From assembly GCA_964187785.1 (NCBI GenBank), contig OZ076410.1, forward strand, positions 61,070,001 to 61,134,000: a stretch of DNA of 64,000 nt, given 5' to 3'. Below the pieces are notes generated by a model, which saw only the letters and a list, made by a program, of their open reading frames with translations, was not told the DNA's origin and did not search any database. Each line of letters opens with the position of its first letter. The stretch's first letter is position 1. The position numbers were made by a program, and so were the translations under genes. Of the stretch, positions 23,901 through 36,210 are shown in pieces. Source of the stretch: Amphiscolops sp. MND2022. Lineage: Eukaryota.

Positions 23901-26137
23901 GTACAATATGTACATAAGCACAACATATCAGTAACAAGATTCTTCCAAACGAAGACTACACCACCCGCCCAGCGCAATGCCTGCAACTACTTCTTACAGT
24001 TCAAAATCCGTATCATGCACGTAGCTGGCTCCCAAAACACGGCAGCAGACTGTTTGTCCCAACTGGAACTAACACCCAAAGAAAAAATCCAACTGAAACT
24101 ACGAAACGACATACTAACGTCGCCAGTATAAGTTAATCTACAATCATCAGACGTCGCTGACGAAGAACAACTTTTTCCTCCTGGACGAAGAAGAGGAATC
24201 AGAACAAGAATTTTTCACTGGAAAACACTCAGCAAACAACGTGCCCTAGAAGAAAAAGAGAAGAAAATGTCAACTAAAGTAACGGAAGTTATAAAAATAT
24301 AACTCCTAATATATACACCTAACTCCGCAGTGTACTCGTTCCGGGCAACTGAGGAGAATGCTCGCTTCAGAAATGAACAAGATGCAGATCCCCTCCTCAA
24401 GGCCTTGACACTCCGAATACTACAGGAAGAATACGACAAACACATTCTCAAAATTGAACCACGTGGAAGAAAGTTTCTACGACACGAAGAAAGGATCAAC
24501 ACGAAAGATTAACTTCTCATGCGGAAAAAACCTCGAAGAAGATGGTACCGTCTGTGACCATGAAAGAATCATACCAAAACATATTGTAACAGAACTACTG
24601 TCTACTCTGCATGGAAAAATAATCAAACATCCTTGAATAACGAATATGATACATGAATGCAGAATGAAGTACTACTACCCGGGACAAGAACGGAAAATCA
24701 GAGCTTGGGTAACAAGCTGCCACCCAGACTGTATCGCCAACAAAAGGATCGACACGAGACAAATACGCCCATAAATGCTAAGCAACACAGATTTTACAAT
24801 GGGCGGGAAGATTGTCTAGAAGTTGATATCCTACCGAACTTACCTTCATCAAATGGATACAAACACATCATAACAACAAAGGATGTCTTTTACGGTTATC
24901 TCTTTGCTTATCCTACACAAGACATGACTGCCAGAACACTCGGACGTTGCATCATCAATGTCATGACGAGACATTGCTATCTACCGACAGTCTTACTGAC
25001 CGATAAAGGATCACAATTCAGATCAGAAGTGGTCAATCAGATAGCACAACCTCTCGACATACGCATCAGTCACACATCCACAAAACATGCCCAAACCATT
25101 GGCATCCTTAAAAAAACTCAAGCTTCCTTGAAAAAAATACCGTTGAAAATAACCACGGGAAGCGACGTTCGATGTGGCATAAATACGTACAGATAGCTAC
25201 AACGTCAGCAAGAAATTAAACACTAGCTACCATGAGAGCTTAGGTTAAGAACCTACAAGTGTGTTTCACGGACTCGTTCTGTACATTATCTTGGACATCA
25301 AACTTGGACTCAAACCAGAATGAAAAAAAACTCTCAAAGACCAGCGGAAAAATAACAAAAACAAATTGCAGAAATACATCAGTCCGCCAAAGACAATCTG
25401 ATGCAGTCCTACATTAATTCTAAAAAGTACTACGACAAGAAAGCGACCGCCACAACGCTAAAAAACGACTACTGCTACGTCCTTAGTCCGAAAGCAGACA
25501 ATCGGTCCATGAAGTTCGCTTTCAAAGATTGGATTTGGACTGGACATAGTCGTCAAAGTACTATCAAACAACAACTACGTCGTACGAAGTAAGGTAACAA
25601 GATACAGCCAAATCATCCATAGAATTCGCAAACGGCTATATGCGCCCAATCAGGCAGTACCTGACAAAACAGTAAGAGAAAAAAGTTTTCCTCCAGACCC
25701 CAAGGTTAAAAAAACCATGACGATTTCTACGCGCAAAGTTGGGAAACCGAATTCGGAGAAGTTATGTTCGGAAAGCCAACGGAAAATACATCAGAAGAAG
25801 CTACAATAACAAAAATTACCGAAGACAGAAGCCGACGCAGTTACTACGGAAAACGGACGTTGGAACGACTACAGCTGAATGTTCCGAAGGGATAGAACAT
25901 CCTCCGTCAACAACACGTCGTTCAAACTAGATTTCAATAACAATCCTTAAATCATTGTCGCCGCCGCTTACAGAAAGCCCTCCCAAAACGCCTGAATTGC
26001 CACCTACAGTCGTTGGATACAACCTTAGAAAAGTTGGAAGATATAACTTACGCCCCAATCCGAAGCCTAATGCTACTCCGGACTTTGGAATGCTCGACTC
26101 AGTTACAACGGAAGGTCTACGACAAACTCAACACTAG
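20970..26137 (+). pseudogene. pol pseudogene (protease-RT-RNase H-integrase), element 2
   Basis: Fragments: VNSGAHINAISERD (protease), LDCSQAYHCL and YVDD region (RT), TD(V)SF (RH), TDKGSQFRSEVV (IN), C-terminus RYNLRPNP. Confidence 0.9.
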
Positions 26138-26273
26138 ATGAAAACGAACAGCGAAACAAACCGAACAGGAATGGCTACGTTATTTTTTTCCACGCAAACG
26201 ATAATAACATAAAAAGAGGCAACAAACAAAGAAAATTACAATTATCTACAATAAATCAAAAAATAACAAAGTC

Positions 26274-29200
26274 TCAAAATATCAGAGATTCAGTGTTATG
26301 CGAGTATTTTATTCTGTGCACGACATCAGGATCCTTATCATCCTTGGAACTCTTCCTTTGGATTTTTTTACTACTTTCCGGCTTCTTTGAAAGGCCTGGC
26401 TTCTCATTCTCTTTGTTGCTGGCTGATTTTACTGGAACAGCAACCCGTGATGAAGCAGCTCCACTCTTACTACTTTTAGTCACAGCGCCCAAATTGCTAC
26501 TCGTTTCCGATCCGGAAGGCCCAATATTAGCACGAGCGAGACGGTTAGCTCTATTACAGTCCCTATAATAGCTTTCGGAAAACTTACGCCGTTCAAGGAG
26601 AAACGCACAATACAATTTCTTGTAGTCGGCAATAAATGAATCTACAACAGGATCACAAACATCCTTCCAAATGTCCTATCCTGGAGTTTATAAAACACCC
26701 CGGCATTTGCGATAGCACACTGAACAGCATCCAGAGTCAAGTCAGTAAAAAACCTGATGACCTTACCCCGCACACATCATGTAGGTCTGCACTAATCGCA
26801 AAAAGCACTGAAAGGCGGTCTCACTCAATAAACCGCCACTAAGATCAAAGGAAACCTGTGGATAAGCAAAACGAGGCAAATCAATAACTAGGCAACATAA
26901 CTTTAACACTCGATAAACGGCTGGGCAGGATTGAAAGCTAAAGTCACGGATCAAGTTATGGACTATATCCGGAATCCCACTGGCATCCACATTTGAACCT
27001 TCGTGTCGTCTTCGTTTCTCTTCTCTACGTAGCTACCAAATTGTGCAACTGCCGATTTTGTCTCATTAGAAGATAACATACCACAACACTCCAGCACTTT
27101 TGTTAGATCAGCAAATAAAAAAATCAGCATGTTCATCAACCTCCCGAAGGATCTCAGGACAAAAACTACATAATCGCTATGCGACTTTTGATGACACACT
27201 CGAATTGCCCAGCATAACATTAATCAGTCGGTCAAAAAACTCTCGACATTGTGCACGGAATTCCTGAGCCTCAGTTGCGTTACCCGCGAACAGCTCAATC
27301 CTAAAATCACAATTGTCCAGAAAATTATCGATAGAGGCAACTGGATAGTCAGGAATTTTCACTACATCCATGTAATTCTCCCAATGATGAATTCCGGGTA
27401 GAGACAATGGCACCAACAATGGTTTTCAACAACAAGCAGTAGATAAAGTGGCACTTCGCACTGTAAGCGTGGAACCCGTAATCGCTCCGTCCTACAGACC
27501 GTTTTCAAATGCCCTGCTCCCGAACATGAAAATAACAGTACTCCACAGAAGACTCTTTCTCTAATTGCACACTGTACTCCTTTAAAGGTGCAATGATCTT
27601 GATCAATAAAAAAGCATCACCCGCGGAGTTAGGTTTTGGCAAAGGAAAGACTGAAATGACACAGAAATCCAATTAAACACAAATACGGATACCAAACATC
27701 GGACCTCCAAACAAAAACTCGGAAAAAATCACAAAAATGATAAAAATTTACCACGGTCTCGGATCGGCACCATTTCAAGGAAAAGTCCAGTTTCTGCTCG
27801 CCCAATGAAAGACAGAGATGGCTCCAGAGACGTCGGACTAGACCAACGTCCCCTCCGCAACGCAGCAGGCAACATAAGCAGCCCATGAGGGTCATGGAGG
27901 GCATCCTCAAGTCCACCCGGGAACGATTCGGAGTTTTTCCGGAAAGGGATACCTCTCACTCCACTCCATGAACGGTTGCGCACGATACTTGGTAAGTTGT
28001 TCTTCAGTCAATTCCATTGGTTCCATTGACCTATTCAGCACCGGTATACCCAAGTGAACTCGATAGGTAACGTCCTTGAACCAATGACTGTCCGATCGGA
28101 AATGTCGAGCAAACTCGCGAGATCCGTGAGCTTTCATGGCCATCTCGCGCTTGCACACCAGACAATAGAAGTGCGTTACATCTCCGTTTTTTGAGCCGCT
28201 CACGAAATCGGGAAATGCAGAATGAGAACTCAGAACGCGTCTATCTAGCATATTCCGACGACTACATCGTTACACTTTTCCTCGGGCCCCAACTCGCTCA
28301 TCCACTTTGCAGTCAACTCACTAAAACCTACATCAAAACACGTACCGGAATATCTCCGAAGATGCAAAAGGAAGAAGGGTCAATACCAAAACAATATGTA
28401 ACAACACAGAAAAGGAGACACAATAATTCTAAATCCCAAGAACAAGCTCTTACTGTTTCGAATAGTCCATGCAGTTCGCGTATCAACCTCTTCAACAACC
28501 TGCTGACTTAGGGGCATCAGGTTCTGAGGACTCAAAGCCATTCCCAACGAGTCTTTCTCTTGACCTATAAAACCAACACCCATTTAAAATATGTCCGAAC
28601 TATTTCCAAACCCCCTAGTTTCACCCTACAACACCAAACGATACTAACTTATTCACCCTCAGGGTGCAGGAGTTATTGGCGGGGGCGGAGGAAGATCAAT
28701 ATACATAGCACGTTTGGGAGGTGTTGCAAAACTGACATGAAGAACTCGGTCCTGGCAAGCCGATGATCCTAACAACAAACTAACGCCTGATTTTTACCAA
28801 TTCAATCAATCAAAATCAACAAATAACAGCCAATACAAGTACATTTCAAAATGTACTTACTCGTTTCGTCTCCGGAGGGGGAATCAGTCTCACCTCCATG
28901 AGACTCGTCCACGGGTTGGCATCGTGAACTGGACCCATTTATCTCCTCTGTAGGAAGAACAAAATTAGGGGTTTTAGGGAGTACTGCATTCTCAGAAGTG
29001 GCCTTGGGAACTGAAAGAAAGTCAGCTGACAACAAAGTAGAGGCCGGTGGCAACACTGCCCGGGGAGCTCTCGCAACCTCCCCGGGGAACAGTGAAAGAG
29101 CTAGCAGGTTGACTTACTGAAAATCAAGATCCCGATTTGGACGCGTCAGAAAATCGGGTAACACTAACTGGCTGATCAACAAAAAAGAGTCCCTAAAAAG

Positions 29201-29367
29201 ATCACCAAAAAATACCCATGGAAGTCGAAAAGATTTTACTCACCGGAAAGTCCAATCACACCCTCTGAGTGAACGACGTCATCATGGGAATAATTGTAGG
29301 TCATTCTGTTCCCACTCACAAAATCAGTGATAACAGCAGGAGAATGGACAGGCTCTTCATCTTCCAT
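26274..29367 (-). pseudogene. Six-exon antisense accessory gene of element 2 (zinc finger plus helical domain)
   Basis: ATG MEDEEPVHSP at 29367. Donors GTGAGT (29243), GTAAGT (28860), GTTAGT (28648), GTAAGA (28453), GTAAAT (27751). Acceptors ttttCAG (29117), gttgtTAG (28769), tttaTAG (28565), ggtttTAG (28321). Exon 5 encodes CLVC-x18-HFRSDSH. Last exon is homologous to 384-1661. Confidence 0.7.
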
Positions 29368-29792
29368 TGCAAAATCACGGCCAGCAAGGTAATTTTCATA
29401 GCAATTTAAAAAAAACAACAAAAATCAGAGGAAAAAGGAAATTTCAAAGAAAACCATTTTAAAACAAGGATGTCACGTGGACGTAATTCCTCAGAGCAAA
29501 ATTGGTAACGTCATAACGACGTAGGTGAAGAAGAAACGAAGAATAATTCAGAATTTCTTCATTCATATTTCGGCCAATCACAGAGCAGACGGAAGCAAAA
29601 CGCTTTCAGAAGGTTAAAGCGGAACGGAACGAAGGAGGAAAATCAAACGATGAAAACGCAGGAGAAATCACGAGAAAAAGAAAATTCAAACGTTCACTTG
29701 TCGTCCAGTTTTCTAGAAAACAGCTTGACCCGCTAAACCTAAAACTTTCACAAAACTAACGACAATTTTGTTTTCACCAAAATGTTTCAAAA

Positions 29793-30389
29793 ATGAACAA
29801 TTATGCGCTCCTAATCGACATCTTCTCGTATGAAGAGAACAAGCGTTACACTACCCCCTTAAAAACGCTACCAATGAAAATGGTTGGAAGAATGGATCGG
29901 AGCGATTTATCTGTAGAAGTCTGGAGAGGCAGTGAGGCAGAACTGATTTTGTCTTCGTCCTCTGCATCTACCTTTGAATCATTAGATTCATCGAGAAGAG
30001 TGAATTTTGCTCCGGTAAAGAGCAACGAAGACGAACCGTTTTTAGTGGAACAGCCATCTATGGACACAGATGAAGAGTTTTATGAAGACCCGCTCTCGCC
30101 TTAACATTTGCCTCAATTGCAGCCCGCGCCAACCCTGTGAGACGTAATCAATCTGTCTCCTACAAATTACGTCCCCCCTACGAAGATTAACTAGCTAAAC
30201 GACCTGAGTGAACCTTCAGAACAGAAATAGAAGAAGCGGTGAGGCTTAACGAAGATTACTACGCGGAGGCTGGTCTTGGAAGCAGTTTCACGTTAACCGA
30301 GCTACAGAGAAACCGGAAGCAGTACGTGCCGGTGCTCAAGGAAACTTCTCACTGCTCTAGCCGGCCAGCCTTTCGTGTGAGAGTGGCCA
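29793..30389 (+). pseudogene. Sense accessory ORF before the 3' LTR (acidic, Ser-rich; intact part 29793-30104)
   Basis: 103-aa ORF with SSSSAS, RRVNF and DTDEEFYED; coding-like sequence continues (30239-30389) and reads into the LTR. Confidence 0.45.
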
Positions 30390-32664
30390 TGTCGCGACCC
30401 GCTCCCGGTTGCTGTTTCTCGTGTTGCTCTGCCATACCAGGATTAGGGAGAAGATGTGGCCGTGGATACAGCAAGCATCTTTGTACTAATTCAATATGAC
30501 TAATTCTACTTACAGTACAGCTAGGTTATTTTTAGATAATTTTTCCGGATAACAAAATTTACGTATTCGTTACGAGAAAATTTTGGAAATGATTTTAATC
30601 TAGCTAAAATTGCCGGTTTGGCATCTTACACGTGATCATTTTTATTTCGGTCTATCTTCTGAAATTCACTTGCCGATCTAAATAACAAAACAGAGACATA
30701 TTACGTAACAGGAAGTTAAGTCCTTTTTTCCACCCTGAAAGGAAAACGGCAATATAAAAGTTAACTCCGTAATCCCAACGGAACTCATACAAATCATACA
30801 AATGAAAAATATACAAAACAGTCTAGTGGTTGTTTTCCAACATTAAAGTAGTTGTCACGATTCGCTCAAATTACAGTCAAATAAGTTAGGAAAATAATTA
30901 CAACGATATGACAACGTCACTCAGAAGAACTTGTAACTGGTGTTTCTATTTTTACGGAACAATAGTGTCGCTCCTTAGTTGAGTTGTTTTCGCTCAGTCC
31001 AATAAGAATGATTTTCTCGCGACGTCATTAGCTGTGAGACTAAGAATGAACGCCTACGCTCTCCGTATTTTGTCCGCGAGCCGCCGTTCACCCTTTCCTA
31101 GTATTAATACGTATGGAGATGTTACGGAGCGAATTGTAATTTTGTAACAGCAGGTTGAAACTTTAAGCTAGTTTTCAAAAGATTTCTTATAAGAAATGAC
31201 GCACTAAGTGATTTTCGAGAAAAGAATTTACATCATAAAAACTGTACTGTTAGGCAGAAATGCGAAAGTATGTTTATACCCAAGAATGGTGTTTTAAGTT
31301 CATACTATGATGATTGGGAGTAAAACGTTGTTTACCTCACGTTGCAAACAATTCTTTTTGTTCACTGCCGAAAACGTAAATCATAAATATGAACTGTAAT
31401 TTGGTAGTTTGTCCGGAGATGCAACGTAAGGCCGTTGTCTCCCAAACGCATGAAACATTATGTGTTTCTTGCAAGTTGAAGCGATCGAATTCAATGATTT
31501 TGAGTTTTTTATTCATGCTACGCAGTACAATCGTGACAATTGCAATATTAATACTGTATTTATCCCCAAACAAAGCTACTATTCAAAACTGGAACTATTT
31601 TTGGAATAACAGATTGTTTCCATCAAAGTTATGTTGTGTTTTGTGGTGAACTTACAATATAGGCAAATACATGCAGTTTGTTAATGTTTTCTAATCAGTG
31701 TTTTTAGTGGTGTCGTTTGTAGCATAGTTTATGTTCGTATCAGTAACTGGGAAGTGTTATTCCAGCAACAATTGTTCCTTTGTCAGCATTTAGGTGTTCC
31801 TACGCTCTCAAAATATTCACTCCGTTTCAACAGCGTCGTCATTTTTGAGTGCCATACTTTTGTTTTGAAATTCAAAATTCCCCCTTCGGAAATTGACTAA
31901 ATGATCACGCCGGCGTGCTTCCGTCGATCAAAATATTGAGCGGACCCTTATTTTGCCGCCAATTCAAGACTAAACAGGAAATGTACTAGCATGAACAAAA
32001 TTGATTGCAACAAGTGTTACGGAATGGTGACGAAACAAGGAACATCGATACCTAATTTAATGACGCAAGTCTGAAATGATTTCAATTACTGAGGACTTGT
32101 AGTGATTATCCCCGGCTTTTACGACACCTAGGAATTTTTAGGTGAGGAACCAATGATGATAGAAAGGTATATATAGCTAGAAATAATATGTAAATTTAGT
32201 CAGTTCTTTTATTGTTGTGCCTAATACAATTCATCGATAATATTTCTTTGACGAATTCATAAATTCCGGAGATCTCTTTTCAACCAAAAATGACTACTAG
32301 AAGCCTGAAAAAGAAACCTGTTGCTCAGTTAGGCTCAGGGCAAATCGACGCTTTAACTTCTGAAAGATATCTAATTGAAAACTGCGTAGCAGGTCCGAGT
32401 AAATCATCAAATGTCCAGCCTTAGAAATTAGATGAGATTAAAACATCTCTGAGAAGGGAAATTATGTCTGACTTCACCCAGATCTTTGCTGAAAACCAAA
32501 AAGTCATGCTAAAATTAACAGCACTAGTTGTTAAGAAACCTACATTTGTTTAAAACCTGGAAAACTCTAATTTTGGGCCAGAAAACGTTCTTCCAAACAC
32601 AACATCAACCCCAATGAAAACATAAGCGACTAATTCTAAAACAACTATGGTGAAAAGTGTTAAA
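30390..32664 (+). repeat. Shared LTR (3' LTR of element 2 and 5' LTR of element 3, ~2275 bp)
   Basis: Starts TGTCGCGACCCGCTCCC; colinear with 17688-19954 over its whole length. Confidence 0.82.
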
Positions 32665-34626
32665 TGTTGACAGGAATCCTCAATGATTCCACGAAACAAC
32701 CCACCAAAACACCGCAACAGCGTCTGCAAATCGAACACTCTGAAGAACATCCTACAACGTCAAGACTTCTGTTTGCACCCCAACCGCAAACATTTCAACC
32801 GCCCAACAGGCTCCCGATGCCGAAAGCCCTAACGGCTTCACAACCTGTTTCAGATGGTAAGTCCGGAAAATTTGAACTTTTCGAGTATTTATTCAGGAGT
32901 AACATCAAAATGTATCCTCATCTAACCGAAATACAAAACTAAACTACTTTCATTCACTCCTAGGAAACGCGCTCCAAGCGTACTGCAATATCGAAGATTC
33001 CAAAAAGGACAACCCAGAAGAAATAATTACGTTGTTTAAACGCCGAATTGGATATTTCCATTCTTCAGCCAAAGAGCCAAAGCACGGTGTGGTGGAACGC
33101 TTTGCATTTCGATCCCACAAAACAAAAACTTCACGAATGTCCTGACAAATTGCAAAAAAACGCTAAAAAAGCTTTTGGCTCAGAAGCCCAAAACTTTTTT
33201 CATAAGGCATTATACGCAAAAAAGTTGGATCAAGTCAAAAAGATCCTCAATGGGGAATTTCTCGAGGATAAGCCATACAACGACATTGTCCTACATCTTG
33301 AAAAAAAAGCGCCTTAACGGACTAGGAGTGCAGGACGAAACTACTCTAATACCGCTAAATACTGTTGACGTAGAACCTATGGATCTAATTAAGAAACCCA
33401 AGCAGAGAGGTTACTGTTTCCATTGCGGCAGATATGGACACTACAAAGCCCATTACCGCAAATTCAAAAAAGACCGCTACTATGAAACTAAAGTCAGAAA
33501 GGGCGAGCCAAATTCTACAGACCCTTCAAAGCCAAAATGCGACACGTGCGGCAAAATGCATTAAACTAAAACTTGTTGTGACGGAGCAAACGCGGCAAAT
33601 GACCCCAGGAAAAGGAAGAGAACATTTGCCGTCCGCACAAACAAAAAAAGCGAACACCCACTCTCAAATGTGGCTACTCAGCTAAAAAACTAAAATCGCC
33701 GCGCCTACGTTTCGAGGAAAAGGTAGACGCGAGGGCGCACACAATCGAGGATCAGCCAAATGAAGAAGATACAATCACAGAATGCATCGGGGAACCAACG
33801 CAAGTCTGGCAACGACGTTGAAATGTTGTCATGATCCTATGTCATAACGCCCGACACCAGGACGATCCCAAACCTCTTCGTCGCTGGATAACAGAATCGC
33901 CGGACAACTACACCACCTTAAAGCGCCCTCTACGAGAAACCAAAACTGACAAAATATATATCTATGACATGGACTACCGCTGTGATCCATGGAATGAACC
34001 GGACTTTTATGACTCGAACTCCTTGTCCTTCAAAATCCACGTACAAAACCCGACGAAACCAGACGATGACGTAACTTAATTACCTGAAACCCCATCGCCA
34101 ATCCTAAAGAAATCTACACCTAGCCCAGTAGCACCCGTAACAGTAACATCCACACCAATAGAAGCAGACGATATCATTTGCATCGATAATACAAAGAGTT
34201 GGTCACGCAATTCAAAGAAATATTTGGTGGACACCCCTTCTCCTCCGCCACCCCTACAAACCGTACCTGTGACGCAAGTTCTCACTAATTACGAGGACAC
34301 AACCGACTGTCCATCTCCCTTACCGCAGGACCTCAACGAGTTCATCCAATCATCCAACACGACAAAGACAACGACTACATCCCGTTGATATCTGCGATAA
34401 CCCTGAAGAAGAAATAAAGAATGCTCTTTCTACCCATAGAGTTCAACAATGTCAAAATTGAAGCGTCAGTAAACTCAGGTGCGTACATTAATGCATTTAG
34501 CGAAAGGGATGCGGAAAAAATAGGGCATGAAGCAGACCAGTTCATCATCAATAAAGCACCACCACCCCCTTTCAAAGTCCAACTTGCCAATGCAGAATTG
34601 GAGCAACCCCTTCCGACGTACACACA
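32290..34626 (+). pseudogene. Element 3: tandem gag plus 5' pol copy truncated inside the protease
   Basis: Near-identical to 19579-21890 and shares its stops and frameshifts; similarity ends abruptly after ...CCGACGTACACAC. Confidence 0.88.
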
Positions 34627-34973
34627 CCATACGTTTTGCTGCTCGCGCTTTTTAAACGGAAATGAGTAGAAAAATGCACAAAAACCAAACTGTGGTATTT
34701 TCTATCCAATCATTTCGTTATAGGACCAGGATCACGAGATCCGCATTCACAACGGTTCATACTAAAATGTACGTATACACTGAAAGACCGGTTCTTTGGG
34801 AAACCAGGGAGCAGAATGAAATTGATTACTGGAATTCTCTTTGAAGTTTATTACTTTCCGCCCCCACAATTTTATTTCTGAACGGGGAATGAAAATCATA
34901 ATCTGTGTTGCGTTTTATTTTACCAATACTGCCAAATCGCCACCATCTGCAACTTCAGTTAGTGCATAATGTA

Positions 34974-35046
34974 GGTACCTTGGCTCAGTTGATAGTGCAT
35001 TCGCCTATCAAGGAGAAGAACGTGTGTTCGAATCTCGCCTTCACCT
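34974..35046 (+). pseudogene. tRNA-like sequence (tRNA pseudogene or SINE head)
   Basis: A-box-like TGGCTCAGTTGA and B-box GTTCGAATC at tRNA spacing; stems are poor, so not called a functional tRNA. Confidence 0.45.
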
Positions 35047-35078
35047 GACTTTAATGAAGGCCGAAAATATCCTGGTGC

Positions 35079-35570
35079 TTAGCGGGCGTCTTGTTTCTTC
35101 ACCATATTGTCCATATATGGAGTTAAATTGCGCTTATCACATGAATTTAGATTTGAATCAGGGAGATTTTCCCTAGTTTTCTTGGGACTTCGAACATCGG
35201 CGGTCTTGTTTAGCCTACTGGACTTGTGCTCCACATTTCCCTCAAACCTTGCCATTTGACTGCCAATGGTATTTTGGATTGCGGGAAGTACTTTCCCGCT
35301 TATTGCTAAGTTTTTTGAATTTAATATCTGGGTAGATAGGTCCTCTTTCAGCTCATTCCGTTTCCTGGAATCTTGCTTTGTAGTCTCAGAGGTTATTAGT
35401 CTAGCAGTCTCAATTGTGATTCCACTCTTCTCTCTACTGTTAGTGTTCAATAGTGACCTGAAAGCTTCACTGTTTTGGATAACCTCCTGTCCAGGTGTAT
35501 CGTACCCAAGGTCCATTTCATCATTCTTGTCTTCAGGATTACTCTCTATTTCATTTCTTGAATATTGCAT
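35079..35570 (-). other. 163-aa coiled-coil-like ORF fragment, probably TE-derived
   Basis: Open ORF (FRSLLNTNSRE...KRNELKEDLSTQIL) in a repeat-dense context; no diagnostic motif recognised. Confidence 0.3.
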
Positions 35571-35829
35571 TGAAAAAATAAAAACTCTGTGAAATCATAA
35601 TTAGCGAGCTTGTTTTCGAATTATTCAACTTGGCTGATATATTCTCGTACAAACAAAGAAACAATGTTGAAAAAACAAATTTACCTGAATTTCAGGTTAA
35701 AATCAAGTATTAGTTGTCTCTAATATCTGAATTGTGTCCTTTAGACCTCGGGGCTAACGTTTTTATAGGGACCGCACCATGACACTTTATGTGAGTCATT
35801 GTATAAAAAAAAGAAAAGTGACCCAATGA

Positions 35830-36210
35830 CTTTTCTTTCAGAAAATGTCGCACAGTGCCGAAAAATGTAAGAGGGGGGACCCTTTCTGATTTATAAACTC
35901 GCATTCTGTAACAAAATAACAGAAAACTCAAAGGGGGGACTCAAAAATTTCGAAAAAAAGTCACAGCGCCGAAAAAAATCGAAAGGGGGGGACTTTAGTC
36001 CCGTCCGGGCTTGTATGTAACGTTTAAAAAGTAAATGAATGCGCTCCCCGTTTGCCTTTAGCGGTCCAGTAGTTTAGTACTTATTTAGTAGTTGAACGTT
36101 AATTTTAACGTTCGTCGCTTCGAGTCTGTCTTAAATAAATAAAACTAATAAAAAAACGAGTGACTGTAATAGTCGGGCTCTTTTCTTAAGAAAAGCGCCG
36201 ACTAAAAATA
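35830..36210. mobile_element. Dispersed Helentron/HINE-like repeat, copy B
   Basis: GTCGCACAGTGCCGAAAAA motifs and the same 3' hairpin AGTCGGG...CGCCGACTAAAAA as copy A. Confidence 0.55.

Larger units (their letters stand above)
17688..32664 (+). mobile_element. Ty3/Gypsy LTR retrotransposon, element 2 (~15 kb, full-length structure, heavily mutated)
   Basis: LTR, gag, pro, RT, RH, IN, antisense gene, sense ORF, LTR; fragmented ORFs homologous to element 1 throughout. Confidence 0.92.

Noticed and set aside
26250-26255. AATAAA between pol and the antisense gene as a subgenomic poly(A) signal
   Set aside because: Not found at the equivalent position in element 1, and the AT-rich context makes chance occurrence likely.
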